The notes under the pieces: model-generated
Databases searched by the model: none
What the model saw: the letters and a program-made list of their open reading frames with translations, nothing else
Told to the model about the DNA's origin: nothing
Part shown: positions 13,909 to 28,019 of the stretch, one piece after another
How the letters are laid out: each line of letters begins with the position of its first letter
Position numbering within the stretch: position 1 is the first letter of the stretch
Made by a program: the position numbers and the translations under genes
Assembly: GCA_015680685.1 (NCBI GenBank)
Contig: MNCI01002465.1
Span: 609,268 to 673,267, forward strand
Reading direction: 5' to 3'
Length of the DNA: 64,000 nucleotides
From: Gnetum montanum
Lineage: Eukaryota > Plantae > Gnetophyta

Positions 13909-16865
13909 ATGGTCCTACCTTAGCCAAAGCGTAACTAACTAGCAAGAAAAGGTATTCAAATATTTATGATTACACATTATATCTACTAATCCATGAATGT
14001 GTTGTGACCGTAGATGGCACCAAAGGGAAGCACCCATAGGAAACAAGACCATCTCAACCCAAGAAGAAATAACCTAGACTAAAAAGAGGTTAAGAACAAG
14101 CCCAAGAAGAACCATTGGTAATGCACACCATAGGTCCTCTTAGCAAAGAGGCAAAAATGGAATCTATCAGATAGATTCCAGAACTAGTAGCAACAATAGA
14201 ACACTCCCATCAAGATGATGCACTAGCACCACAAAAGAATTTGGGGGTGACCTTGATAGAGGCTTGTCTGAATCAGATCAAATCATGAGAAGTCTAGAAA
14301 ACAATGGTCCAAGAGTTAAACTTTGGTCCGTTCCTAGAGCAAACAACAAAAGAAGTACAGGACTAGCTAAAGGCCTCTCCACTGTGGCCAATCATCACTT
14401 CCATTGGGAAGTGGTACATGGAAGAGACATTCCTATTCTAGAATAACAAGTAGCCTAGATCAACAATGAAAATCAAGGATATCTCAATGTCTTACTTAGC
14501 ATAGGTCATTGCTACAACATTTGGACTACCTAAAACAAGGGAAAGTCTTGCTAAGATCCCAATGTAGGCAGATCCTAGCATAAAGAAAGAATGGATTCAG
14601 CAGTTCTATGGTGTCAATTGTAAAGAGTTTGGCACACTTACATTGGTAGAGAGGATACACTATAAGATTATGGCCTTCATCTTAATCTGATAGTGAGGCC
14701 AAACAAAATCACTGCCTTCTGTGCCCAAGCATGTACCACTCTAAGTGGTAGATTCCCCGTTAACCTTCCATAGCTAATTTATCTAGAGATGAAGTGGTTT
14801 AAAGAAATGAACATGGAAGGAAGGCACTCTACTTTCCATTCCTTATCAAGAAATTCTATTAGATAGGAGGAATATCCTGCTAGACTAATGACATTGTTAG
14901 GAAAGTTTCGGTTGCTAATTGGGTAGAAATGATGAAAGATAAGATTCCTAAAATGACAATCCAAGAAGAGGAGCAACAACCACCACCTCCACTCACCACT
15001 CAAATAACCATGCTAGATGTTGCTGTGGCTATCCAATGGTTGCATAAATATAGATAATGGCTCTTGAGTGAACAAGAGCAACGAGTAGGAACAAGTGGTG
15101 GTGATCCATCTATGTACAAAGTAGTAATGAGTCCCCTTAATGAGGTGGTCTAAAGAATTAGCTTGATGGGTGGAGCTGGATCCATCTTCTCAGCCCAAAG
15201 AATGTAACTACCTACAAGGTCAAATCCAACCACCAAAGAGGTTACAGTATCTCTCAAAGAATATTAGCCACTCCTAGAAATCTCTAAGAACACTCTGACC
15301 TTCTTGGTGCACTTAGAGGAGAATGAAGGAATAATTGTTTTGGTGATGCAACACCATGGGTAGGAGACCATAGCAAAACTATTTGTTGACTAAATTATTA
15401 AAATTCTCAATGCACTTGTGACATTTACACCAGATGTCATTGCACTCAAGGATGTGTAGATGTTCACAAGAATCACAAGTGGATGAGTAAATGTAGCATA
15501 GCATGAAGAACTACTGGACCAATTGGTGGGAACTGGGCAACCACTTTTAGATGTCTTTGATCTTCTAGATAGTATTACTGCAACCTAGTTAGAGTTGATT
15601 AAGGCAAGGGGAAAAAACATCATCTTGGAGGGGCAAGTTAAAAGAGCCAAGAAGTTGAATGAACACTTGGCTATAGAAGTTGCTGAATGAAGAGCCTAGA
15701 TTGCAAACACTACATTTCTCAATATGACATCAACAAGAGACGAAGCTATGGAATAGCTTCACACTAGACTAAAAGGGGTTGAGGGTGCAATAGAGATGAT
15801 GGTGTTGTACCAATCCTTGGTAGAGGTTACATAGCACAAAATTTAAAAGGCCTTGCATCAAACCCACTAGGAGAATGTGAAATTTATTGTAGAGAACCAT
15901 TGCCTATAGAATGTTAATGCACGCAAGTAACAATTAATCATTTTCATCCACCAATAGTAAGAGCAACTAACTAGAGCAAACATAGAACTAAGAAGATTAA
16001 TAGAAAAAAAAATCTTTGCATGAAGGAGGTTCATTCCCTTTCCCAAAAAACTACAATTGAGATACCCACATGGAAATTGGAGGCTCTCAAATTTAAGAGA
16101 GACAAGGACCATTGTAGAGAACTAGTTGATATACAGAAGGAAGTAAATAGAAAACACATCTAGTTGGTGAAGGTAAAAGTAAATGAAACCCTCTAATAGC
16201 TCCAGCAAGGAAAAGAAGTGTGGTAACCCATCGTTGATGCGATAGATGCCTACAATAAAGTAGAAATTTTCATGAAGGAGCTACAAATTTAGAAGATGAT
16301 AAAATATATGGAGCTTGTCAATCTCCATTATACAAATCTATCCATGTTGACAATCAAACAACCATGGTCAAAACTGGAGAAATAGGTGGCCAGCTTGTAC
16401 TTATTATATGAGGTCGAGTTCAAGCATCACAAAGACACCAAGTAGAATTTTTCATTGGTAAATGTTAAACTCAAAGTTCTCAAGGCATGATTCACTGATG
16501 AATAATCAACTACCAAGAACCTAGCCAAGAGGATGGACTACTAAGAGCTATAGACTGTAGTTAAGGCATTTGATATCAAACGTAAATAGTTTGCTGCCTA
16601 GTTTGTCAACATGAAGGAGATGTTTCTAATAATTCCTTCTCCATGAGATACCCCCATTCTAGCCCACATTGGTAATGCTGCATGGACTATGAATGATCCT
16701 TGAAGTGAGGAGGAGAAGATGAAGACATTACTAGATTTCTTTCACCTTTCACTAGAGGTTGTAGCTACAACAGGACAATCATAACTACCTCAGCTATTGC
16801 ACATGCTTGAATTTGGCGAAGGTCCTTCAGAACCTCAAGACCCTCCACCACTTGGGACTGCCTGA
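13909..16865 (+). pseudogene. A1 long extra ORF (Athila ORF2/env-like N-half, predicted coiled-coil C-half), decayed
   Basis: Frames broken mainly by TAG/TGA/TAA: LKASPLWPIITSIGKWYMEETFLF, LSGRFPVNLP*LIYLEM, EQLTRANIELRRLIEKK, ending EFGEGPSEPQDPPPLGTA*. It lies between IN and the 3' LTR. Confidence 0.6.
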
Positions 16866-17100
16866 TCTTCTCCACTGCCTTCATGCCATCAAAGGATGTG
16901 CTATCAAATTTTATGTAGTCATGTTATGATGTTCAATTTTGTGTCATGAACACCACAATTTTTGTAATTTTTTGATTTGTACACTCAAGCACTTAGTTTT
17001 GTCAAGTTAATTTGTTATGTCAAGAGTCAATTAATAATCCCATAACTTTCCAATTTTCTAATGGAGCTCAAGGATGATTTTTTATTCAATCATGGGGGTA

Positions 17101-18057
17101 TGATGAGCATCAAACTAGCACATCGATGGACCCTTGTTGATCTTGCCTCATTGACAGACCCCCACCAATGGGGCCCTATTTATGTGGTGTTGCACTGTCA
17201 ATGGGTCTACATTAGATTAGTGTTTGCTACATCTATGAGGGCCCATTGATACAATACTATAGTAAAAACTATAAATATAAGCTTCCAACCATGTCTATAA
17301 AGAATTAAGTCATAGTAGTAGCAGAGCTCTTGTAGTTTGTTCATTTAAAAGTTAGAATATATTCTTGAGTGCTTGTAGTAGGAGTCATTGAGTGTACAAA
17401 TATTTATTTGAGCATTGTTGTACTTGAACCATAGCTATGTGCCTGATAATAAAGATGAGCTTCTTTATAAACCTTACAACATTCTAGATAGTTTAAATGT
17501 TTTATTCTTGCATTTAATGTTTTTAGTTATTTATTCAATGTTTCTTAGTAATTAATCTAATTAAGTGATTAAGTAAGATAAGCTAAATAGGTTAAATACA
17601 TAAGTATGATCGCTTCGAGCATAAACACATATTTTCTTGGTAATCCTAGCATCTTTATTGCTTGGTGCACCCAGTAGCCTAGCACTTGGTAACCCAACAG
17701 TGGATACATGGGTCAATACATGTACAAAAAGTGGGACAAAATGCTTATGTTAGTACTAGTTAGAGAATAGTTAATTAGTTAAACTAAATTAGTTTTTAAA
17801 TTATTTCATCTCTCTACTTTACCCACCAAAAAACATAAAATACAAAACAATAAAAATCATATGCCTCAATTACACTTAACCATACCATGTACATCACAGA
17901 TATAATTGGGAAGATAATGAATGACCTTTAGGAAAATGTTCACTTCCTAGAAGACTAATGTACTGAAAACTATAGAGTCCATGAAATTCGATTGAATCGC
18001 TCGTGAACAATTTGTGATTCATATGGTTGGGTGTAGTGGTTCCTTGACTACTCATCA
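17101..18057 (+). repeat. A1 3' LTR, preceded by PPT (ATGGGGGTA, ~17092-17100)
   Basis: Direct repeat of 6285-7196, followed by TSD ATTTT. Confidence 0.92.
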
Positions 18058-19609
18058 ATTTTTATTTTTATTTCAACCACCTAATGAAGCTCTATCTCTA
18101 TACCTATGTTCATCTTCTTTAGAACTAAATGTTGAAAAGGAAGAGGAAGATGAGGTACCAGGAGAATTACCATGGCTTCTATGGTATTTCCCATGGTCCC
18201 TTGAGTTATCTTTTCTAGGTTTTGAAGAGGTCCTAGGCCTTGAGGCCTCTCCTAGTCTAGGAATTACTTCATCTTCTCTAAAATTATCTACCTTAGGTTA
18301 ATGTAGTCCTTGAGTGTGATTAGGATGGTTGTCAACATTTGAAACCCCTAGATAAGGTTTATGCCTCCAATTTTCTTCATATGTACCTCATTAGTTCTCC
18401 AATGAATGTTCTCTCCATACGATGGATTACTGCTTTCTTGTGAAATAGACATTTTTTTTAGTTAATGATGTGTGTGAGCTAATATTTTCTAAAAGATAAA
18501 TCATTAATGCTTTTACAGTGATCGTGTATGATATAATTAATTTTGATAATTAGTACCATCCCTAGCAACAATGCCAATGATGAGTGATGAGGTACCCCCT
18601 AGATCTAACCATATGAATCACAAGCATTCATGCACAATCTAGTAAAATTTTGTGAATGGGACTAGTTGTGCCATCTAGATCATTATGCCCTGATTGTAGT
18701 TCATTGTCTTCCCACTTGGACTAGTGGTAGCTTTGTCATGTATGGTTTAGTCCAAAGTGAGGCATATGATTCTTAATGTTATTTCAACCTAAGGCTACTC
18801 CTAATGACAATAAAGAAATCAACTATTTAACTAATTAGCAACAAAAAGTAAAGTCTAAACTAGCCTATGGGTGATGAGTGTCTATTCCCAACTTGCTATA
18901 CATGTCCTAAACCCACATATCCACTATTGGGATTACCAAGCACTATGCTACTGGGCGAACCAAGCAATAACGATATTGCGATTACCAAGTGAATATGTAT
19001 TTACGCTTGAAACTAGTTACGCTCATTATACCAATTTAATAGCATGCATGGCGATGTAAATATTAACTAAGTACATGAAACATAAATTGCATGGAAAGAA
19101 AATTTAATGTAAGTCAAAGTACTACAATGAATATCAATCAGTCTCAATCTTATTGTCATTCATGGAATGTGTCTAGGTACATTGCCACTCAAATAGGACA
19201 CCATACAACTAACTTAGATCTACGCTGTGGGAACTCATTGACTATTCTCTAAGACTACAAAATAAAATTGCAAGAGTTTAGCTACTCTATTAACCAAAAA
19301 ATGTTAATACATGGTAGGAACATGTGTATTTATAGGCAAAGAACAGATACTACATCAATGGGGCCTCATCAATGCATCATTACATGCATCGATGCAACTG
19401 CATCAAAGTGGTTACCTCAAAGTGGCTACATCAAAAAGGTTGAATCGACACAACCAACTGATGCTTTACTACATATTAAAATTATCATCTATTTCCTTGG
19501 CAAATTCCATGCTTACCTTGACTAGCTACTCTACACTTAACGATTCCACCATTTTATAATAGACAAGAGTTACACACTAAAAAAAAACAAGATTAGCATT
19601 TCATCCTCA
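18058..19609 (-). mobile_element. Athila host element Ah: leader/gag start, PBS (18559-18576) and 5' LTR (18578-~19609)
   Basis: TCCCTAGCAACAATGCCA is the reverse complement of a decayed Asp PBS, followed by TGATGAGTGATGAGGTACCCC as at 385. The right LTR end is approximate. Confidence 0.8.
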
Positions 19610-21869
19610 ATCGTGAAAAATTAGTTACAATAGGTAAATTTTTCTTACCCTTCCTAAAGGAATCGTGAGGATTGAACGATGGATTTTGACATGAGCATAA
19701 AGACCCCACTCCTTTCCATGCTCCCTTCTAAGAAGGTACTATAATTTTTATCCAAAGAAAATGGAGCTCCTAATTGCTAAAAATGGAGGCCCTAATCAAT
19801 GATAGCATGGGGGTTTTTTTTTTTTGCAATATATATCCACCCTTGCAAAGTGGTGGCTTTATAATAAATCTGCTACCTTACTATTACTTTTTTTTTTCAA
19901 ATTTAACCATGTTAATGTTCATCATGACATCTATGTGAATCATGAAATTTTGGATCAAATTTCATAGATCAATAGATATACATCAATATATAAAGTATTC
20001 AAGCCTTTAATATATCAATTTATATCACAATCATGCTGATAACCCTTGAGACACTTAGAAAAATTTTGGTCTTACCAATTCCCATCAATCTAGGCAACAT
20101 GAATTGATTTGTCTAAAGAACACATTGAACTATACCGAAGCTAGACTGTTCAAATGCAAGATGTTTTGTCAAATTTGTTCTTCATTGATCCATAGTGATT
20201 AAATCTAGATGAATTGATATCCCTATTATTTCACATCTTTATTTAAGTTGATTAAATCAATATTTAGATTAATAACCTAAATTTTATCTTTCATTATATT
20301 GAACCATATCATTGGAATCAGTATATATCAATTTTTCTTTTAACAAGGCATTAATCCCTTGGTGTCTCTCAATGCGATCAATTCCAAGGACTTTAGGTTT
20401 CTATCACTAACTTCTATGAACATTGATGCCTCAATATCCCTTAATAGAATAACTTATCCCAATCACACTACATTGCGAAGCATGATACCAATCAATATAA
20501 ATATAATAATTTTATTCACTTAATAATGTACAAAACTTTATTTTTTTTTCACTCATGATTAATTCTTATTATTTGGGTAGGAGTCTACATATAACTCTAT
20601 TAAGAAGGCCCTTCATAGGATTAATTTAGCTAAAACATCACCTCATAAGGTTTTCTTCATTTCGTGTAAGAATGTCTTACAAACTCAAGGTCTTGACTTT
20701 TCCTATGTTCTAAGGATCCAAGTTGCATTTCTTACATGAAATTCATTTTCTAACTTGCTCTTGTACTAGATTCCATGTTGGTTATACCCTACTATCCTCT
20801 CCATTTGAAGTTGGTTATCCCCCCCAATTAAACTAGGATATGTATCATACCTAGGTTAATTAGTAAAAATGTAATGAATAATTAAAAATTAGGCTAGCGA
20901 AGTGGATATACTAGAAAGCAAAGATTGTCATGTATTTTATATATTTAATATTATGTATAGAGTATTGGTAGTTAGGGCCTTGCAAATGTTAGTATCCATA
21001 ATTGTCCACCATAGTAGGAATCTTGACCACTGACACTTATGGAGGGTATAATGGAAAACATATGTAAGACCCTAGTACTAAAAGTACCACTAGACATAAG
21101 AGATGGTAGCTCAAAAAAAGAGAGAGAAGAAAAAATAGGAATACACAATACTATTTAAGGTAAAAAAGTAACATGAGGCATAGAACAGAATAAGCCAAGT
21201 ATGAGAAGTCATCAAAAATGAAATAAATTAGTAAAATACCTCTTAAGATAAATCAATTTTCCAAGATCAATGTCATACCCTAGTTGAAAGGTGATTGCTA
21301 AGAAAATGAGTATGAAAATTTATTACTACACCCTTAGACACTCTTCTTATGGAAGGAGGTTCTTAAGGAATTCTAGAAAGTGTGAGCCATAAGCACTGCT
21401 TTAATTGTAAGGTTCTTGTGGGACTGTGACCCTACTCATGATTGAAGGTTCTTGTGGGACCTTGTTACTTATATTGGACATGTTGTTTTTGAACCAAAAA
21501 TAAGGCCTTCTTTAATCATGAGGTTCTTAATGGGGAAAAAGTTCTTTTTGAATCTATTTGATGGATTGCTCACCTAGATACTAATGACATTTCTCATGCT
21601 AGAATCACCTTTATGGCTAGTCCCAATATGACACACCTTTTCTTCTTATGGACTTATCCAGAAGGTAATCACTAGAACCATTCATAAATGCTCAGGATCC
21701 AAACTTGGTTATTATTCCTATGATTCATGAAACTTAGAAACTGTAAAGAATATTTTAAGGCAAAAAAATAATTAATTAACATAATTCATTAGTTTATTAA
21801 TCCAAGGATCACCCTTAGATAGATTTTGGGCTTAAGTCGACCTATCTCAAGGTAGGGGGGAGTCCTCCT
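19610..21869 (-). mobile_element. Probable 3' non-coding region of Athila element D, separated from its pol by the C1 insertion
   Basis: Removing C1 joins this block to 49500, just downstream of the D integrase. It has no ORFs and carries an Athila-like CCCCCCAATTAAACT tract near 20819. Confidence 0.5.
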
Positions 21870-22996
21870 TGTTGACCTTTTGGTATGTCAAAACCTTAAG
21901 GAAAATGAAGAACAATAGAATGTTTGTTGTAGATGATGTGTTTGTAGGACATGAACAAGAACTCAACGAGATGAGAAACACAACAAAATTACAAAGTAAA
22001 GATTATGTGGAAAAGATGAGAACATGAATGATCATGGATCAAAAACAAAGACTACAAATCAAATGAAGGTGCTATAAGGATTGGAAAGAAGAAAAATCAA
22101 TGAGAAAAAGCCTTAGGAACTAGAGCTCAAATGTTGAGAAGATGTTTCCGAGGAATAAAGATATCTTGGTTGAGAATAAGTGTTTCACAAAAAGAAGTCT
22201 CCAAAAAATAGTATATGTGTCCTTTGGAAAGAGGACATCTCCCTAGAGAAATCCCACTTTAGAAATATATGTCTCTCTAGAATTGAGGTAGATCTCATAT
22301 AGACATCTCAACTTCCAAATAGACATCTACCCTAGTCATTAAGTGGATATTGAAAAAATTCAAAGGTATTTTTAGAAACTCCAATCCTATAGGAAGACTT
22401 CAAACTTTTTAGTATTGTGCAGGAATTGTTAACATCAAAGATATCATTGTCTATTCCATGCTATTGTACTTGTGTACTTCATTGGTTACATCATTTTCTT
22501 AATTGTTTGTAGAACTGTGCTTTAATGTACAAGGACCTATAATTTTAGTTACACTCTTTTCTTATTTTTTTTATTTATCTCTTGTAGCCCTATGGATTTT
22601 ATGTGCTTCTTACAAGATAGCATCATAATTGAGCTTATTAAGATCCTATGAGATTGAGCTTTTGTGTAGCATCAAAACACTCTAGAGTGGAGCTCAATTT
22701 TGTAAAGGTTGTGGGATTCTTGACACCAGACTCTGAGCTTATTAGGACCTTGTAGTGTTGAATGGTTTCATTGTAATGAAATACTTTGATGTTAACCTTA
22801 AAGCTTATATGGGATGTGGTACCATTCAAAACACATTTTTGAGAAATAAATTCCAGAGGTGGACAAGGATTCTACCCTCCAAATGTGGATGTACCAAAGT
22901 TGGGGAATCATGTAAAATTTGGGTGCAATTTTTGTGGCTACTCAATCTTCATTTTGGGGAACTTATTCAACCCCCCTTCTAAGTTCATAATTTTCA
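21870..22996 (+). repeat. C1 5' LTR
   Basis: TGTTGACCTTTTGG...TTTTCA; matches 48382-49499. Confidence 0.9.
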
Positions 22997-23051
22997 AGTG
23001 GTATCATAGCCTATTACTCTTTCATTTGATGTTAACTTTCAAGAGTGAACT

Positions 23052-23290
23052 ATGAAAGGAAGATCATACACAAAGCCACCAATGTTAAATGGGTTTGACT
23101 TTTCCAATTAGAATGCAAAGATGCAAGGCTTCTTCAAGCCTATGGAGTTTAAAGTATGGGAGTCCATCCTTGAAGGCTACACACCACTCATCAACAATGC
23201 AATAAAGTCCATCAAGTCCCGAAGCAAGTAGACACAAGAAGAAATAGTTAAGTTTATGCATAATTCTTTCTTAATTCTTGTCTAAGATAC
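23052..23290 (+). pseudogene. gag: C1 truncated copia gag N-terminus
   Basis: MKGRSYTKPPMLNGFDFSN*NAKMQGFFKPMEFKVWESILEGYT resembles the copia gag N-terminal motif PP.F.G.NF..WK..M...W..I..GY. Confidence 0.8.
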
Positions 23291-24289
23291 CAAAATTGTA
23301 AATGAAAGGCTAGTAAAGAAAAATAAGAGTCCCTTACAATGGTTCTTGGACAAGGAAGAAGTCCACATGATAAAAGTGAACTAGAATGTTTCTCTCAAGA
23401 AGAAGAATCTACAAAAACTTCATTCGAACAAAAGGCTTCTAAAACGATTGAAGTATCAATAAATATCCCATCTCAACCATGAACATCTCCAAGGTTTGAT
23501 TAATTTAATCATAATAGAGAGGTTAAATGTTAATACTCTAATTAGTTTCGGCATAAAAAATAAAATTGCAATATGAAATATTATCATATGAACACCTAGT
23601 TATATCATAAGACTCTTTGGTCTTATCCAAATATGTCTAGAAAGGAAACTATGCAACACCACAAGAAAACATGGACAACTCAAAAGGACAAGGGAGTTAA
23701 GAAAGTATGGAGAATCAAAAGGAAGGGACATGAGAATGAGAATACTCTCTCCAAAAAATTTGTAAAGGGAGTCAAGCCTTGGAAATATAAGAAGTTTATG
23801 TAGGAAGAAAAACCTCAAAAGAGAAATCTCCTTCTCAAGCTTACCAAGGCACCTTCATTCTCTTCAGCAAGAAAGGTAAATAAAGGTAAGTATTTGATTC
23901 ATTATGTATATCTCTTAAGACTATAATCCTTTGTAGTTTTCCCTATGCTTTATCCTGCATCTTGCTAAGATGTCTACCAAGAGAAATCTCTCATGAGATG
24001 TCTACATTGAAAATGGGATGTCCCCTAAGAGATGTCTACATCACAAATGAGATGTATATTAGAGTTTTTGTTCATTGTAGTAGAGATGTTTACTTTTCAA
24101 AAGAGACATCTACCTATAGTTTTAAGCATGGAAGAGAAATATATCTTTCCAAAGATACATCTATTTCTCCATTAAAAGCCCTCATTGAAAGTAGCTATAT
24201 AAATCCAAACCCTTATTTTTCTTTCATCCAAGCATAAGATGACCAAGGCTTTATCTACAATAGTGATCTATGCATATTTCTCAAAATTC

Positions 24290-25247
24290 ATGGCCCAAAA
24301 GAAGATTGAAACATCAAGGACACCACCAAATAAGAAATCAAAGGAAGCATCCACCAACAATCCAAGCACCTACAATCCCTAGTTTAGATCAATTAGTGCC
24401 CAGTACTAGTTTAAGGTAACTCAAATCATTTCTATAATTTTTGAGCATTCTCTTTCTTCCCCATAGCATAGATAGAAGCTGTTAATGAGTTTCTTCAAGT
24501 GTTAAATTGGGCTACCTTCATTTGTATGGATTTTTGTGTACCCAAAATTCTCATCAGAGAATTTTAATGTAACATTGTTATTACAAATGCTTCTGCTAGA
24601 GCTTTCACTACCATGGTTGGAGGTTTACTAATTGATGTGTCTCTGTAAGTTATTAATGCATTACTTGGGATTTCTAGTGCTAGTGTTTAGGATCACCATT
24701 CATTCCATGGGTGAGATTTTTATGAATGGTGTGAATGTAGTTTTCCAAGATGAATTTTTTAATACATTGTTTGGGGAGTTAGTGTCTCTTCATAGATACT
24801 TCCATCCTATCACTCATTATTTTGTATAACATCATTGTAAAATGGAAAAGCTATAATCATTTATTTCCTACCTAGTTATTTATTTTGTACTACCTTCTTA
24901 CAAGATGACCATTGGACTTGCGTCATACTCTTTGTCATGATATGTTGGGTTTTTTCACCAAGGAGAGAATCCTTAGGCACTCTCACCTCATCAGCTTGTT
25001 GATTCGATAGAGGGATGTTCCCATTACTAACATGTCTTTCCCTAAAGGTAAGAGAAGCCTCAATGAGTATGTAGAGAAGAAGAGCTCCATCCATGATGAA
25101 GTAGTAGAAACTAGCACAAGGCCTTCAAAGTCCAAAGAGAAGAAATCTTCATCACCATCTCAGGCATCTTTTGAGCTAAGAAGGTTCAAATAAGCTAGCG
25201 ATTAGGTGAGATCTTCACTAAAGAACCTAATTTAGCGATTTGCTTGT
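24290..25247 (+). pseudogene. C1 ORF2/env-like remnant (continues after B1 at ~46397-47980)
   Basis: MAQKKIETSRTPPNKKSK... and EFLQVLNWATFICMDFCVPKILIREF*CN resemble the L(V/I)REFY.N motif of SIRE/Athila extra ORFs. Confidence 0.55.
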
Positions 25248-26923
25248 TGTTGGAGCTAGAAATCTTAGTTGCTAGAATGGAAAAAATCAAAAGATCCAAG
25301 TACCAAAACAATTTTAATCTCAAATACCAAGGGCCTTCGGAAAATGGGACTTAGGGTATCTTAGATGGTCTTGTTGATCACCCAAGGACATATGGAATGT
25401 AAATAGAAATAGAAAATGGAAATGTAGATAGCCTTGAAGATGGAAATACAAATGAAGTTGAGAATAGAAATAGAAATGAAGTTGAGAATGGAAATGGAAA
25501 TAAAGTGAAAATTGTAAATCTAGAATGAAAATAGATGGAAAAATGGAAATGTAAATTAACACTTATATAATAGGAATAATAATTTATTTAAATGAAAATA
25601 AAAATAAGGTTCATGAAGTAAAAATTTTATTCCAAAGGTACTAGAAGTTGCTAACATGAGCTTGAAGTACATTGAAGAAGATAGGTTATGTTCCACTACA
25701 ACTCCATGATCCAGTTTCTTTCTAGTTCTAGTTTTCGATAACTTTCTATTAGTTTCCACCAAGATCTACAATGTGATCACAGAAATGGGATTACACTTTT
25801 GGTGCAATGGATACTATGTGGGAGTTTCTTTACCTAGAGTAGTACCAATTTTTGCTATCAAAAGTGTAAGTAAGGTTACAAGGGTGGTAATGGACTTTGG
25901 TTATAGAAAAAGGGAAAGTGTTATTCCTACCAAGAGGTTGCAAAATGCCAAAGATGCTCAAAAATGCAAGTTTTCATAACTACAAAAGTGTTGAAACCAT
26001 TTTTTAGCATTGATGTTGGTTATTTATTAGATAGGGTTTCCATTTTTGGATCTGACATGAATGTTGACAAATTAGATCAATTTACAGGTAGCAATGGTCA
26101 TCTTCTCCTAGCGTAGTTACTATTTGTGGTAAGTCTAGAATGGATTGTAACCACAAAATCCATTCATTTACTATAAATTTTAAATGGAATTTTGTGACTA
26201 TGTTGGTATCATTATTACTATGTTGGTCTTGATCAATGATTATCTACTTTCAACATAGTTTCCATTTATAATAAGTTTGGAATGGGCTATAGCCACAAAA
26301 CCCATCTGTTTACTATAAATAATAAATGGACTTTTGTAACTACATTGATACCATTTCTACAATGCTAACATTGGTGGACTATGTTGACCTTGTTCAAAAA
26401 TGTCAAAAGTGGTGGATAATATGCAAAAAGTTCAAAATTGTGAAAATGGTGGAATCCATTGGAAAATGTTGTGCCTAGTGGAGAATGTTATCTACATTGG
26501 CCTTTGTTGAATTGGGATGACTACATTGGCTATTTTTGGAAAAATGAAAATCTCAACGATCCCAATGTTGCACTTCTGTTGTGTCTTGGTCGTAACTATA
26601 TTGGCTACTATGACTACTATAACTACTATGTCTACTAAAAAAGGTTCCAACGTAGTTGGGGATATACCCCTACAAAAACCCATGGAAATGTAAATTTTAG
26701 CCATCCCAAAGCTATTTTCAACCATTCCAAGCTCAAATATTAATATGGGATACCTATTTCTACTTGGGAAGTAAGGAAATAATAACTTTTGAAGCATTTT
26801 TTGGCTCCAAAAAGTGGAAGTATGCAAGATTATAGCTCATGGACCACATATCTCACATTTACTATGAATCCTTCCCCCAAGTTAGGAAATGAAGGTTGCA
26901 ACATGAAATTTGATGGTGTTTCA
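25248..26923 (-). repeat. B1 3' LTR
   Basis: Colinear with 44769-46391; adjacent minus-strand purine tract AAAGAAGGACCAA (PPT) at 26924-26936. Confidence 0.92.
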
Positions 26924-27859
26924 TTGGTCCTTCTTTGTTGATTTATAGAGGATTAATGTGAGAGACATTGACAAAGAATACATTAGATCACTGTAGGTCC
27001 ATCACGAACATTCCCTCTCCATGCTTGATCTAGTAGTGTTGAACCATGTCCAAGAGTGCCTATGATGATGGGAGAATGTTATGAGAGTGAAATGGTAGTG
27101 AGGTCATAGGAAAAAGGTCATGAATGTTAACAATTCATACAAATTGTTGACATCATGGGTACGATGTGGCATAGACATATTGGTCAATCAATAAGCATTA
27201 GAAATTTGTACTTTGAGGTGTGGTTCCCTTCACAAATGCATTAAAGGAATAAAAAACTTGCTCCAAGGTTAGTTTGGCCATTAGTCTCCTTCATTTGCAT
27301 GTTTGGATCCATTGATTGTCTATTTTGCTTCTTGGGAGTTTAGTTCCCCCTTCTCTTTTTCTTCTATGAGGTGAAACCTTCATTGGGTTTCTTTGCCAAT
27401 TCCAGTTTTAACTTGGTTTTCTTCTATCAAGTGAGATTGTGTTACGCTCAATGGAATAGGTGGTTTTCCATTAAATTAAGTGTGTCATATTCAATGGACT
27501 TAAAGATGAAGCATGACAAAGGAATGTCATATAGCCATATTTCATGAGTGTCAAACATCAATCAACATCACCATCTAGGGTATGGAAGGTTATAATTAGG
27601 CTAATAGGTTGGGCTTAAGGGAATAAAAATGGAAATTATGTGGAACAAGTACTCTTGGCATGTTAAGACAAACTCATTGAATCTTGCACATTGAGGTCAC
27701 ATGGTGACTTACCATCATGATGAGTTGCACCTCTGTGATGTCTCCAAGCTTCATCCTATAAGCATAACTCCAAGAGCATAAGAAAACCAAATAGAGAAAT
27801 CATGTTGTTACAATGAAAGACATAAGGCCATGTATAGTAGTTTGGCAAATCTAGCTACC

Positions 27860-27995
27860 AAACATTACATGTGTTGCTAGTTTAAGACCTTGGTAGGCCG
27901 TGGTACCAGTTTAAGGTCTTAGTAGATTATGTTGCTAGTTTAAGGCCCTAGAAGGCCATGTTTGTACCAATTTTAGGCTTTGGAAGACCATGGAA
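27860..27995. repeat. About 4 tandem copies of a ~30 bp unit in the B1 3' UTR
   Basis: Variants of TGCTAGTTTAAGGCCTTGGTAGGCCATG repeated head to tail. Confidence 0.7.
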
Positions 27996-28019
27996 AGTAG
28001 GGTCTCTTGTTGGTTTTAG

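Larger units (their letters stand above)
6285..18057 (+). mobile_element. Athila-type Ty3/gypsy element A1 with both LTRs and an internal deletion
   Basis: Paired LTRs TGATGAG...CTCATCA; TSD ATTTT at 6280-6284 and 18058-18062; Asp-type PBS, gag-PR-RT-IN remnants, extra ORF and PPT. Confidence 0.93.

Noticed and set aside
25320-25562. ORFs rich in F/H/Y (also 44835-45059)
   Set aside because: They are translations of the GAAATG/GAAATA hexamer low-complexity tract inside the B1 LTRs.
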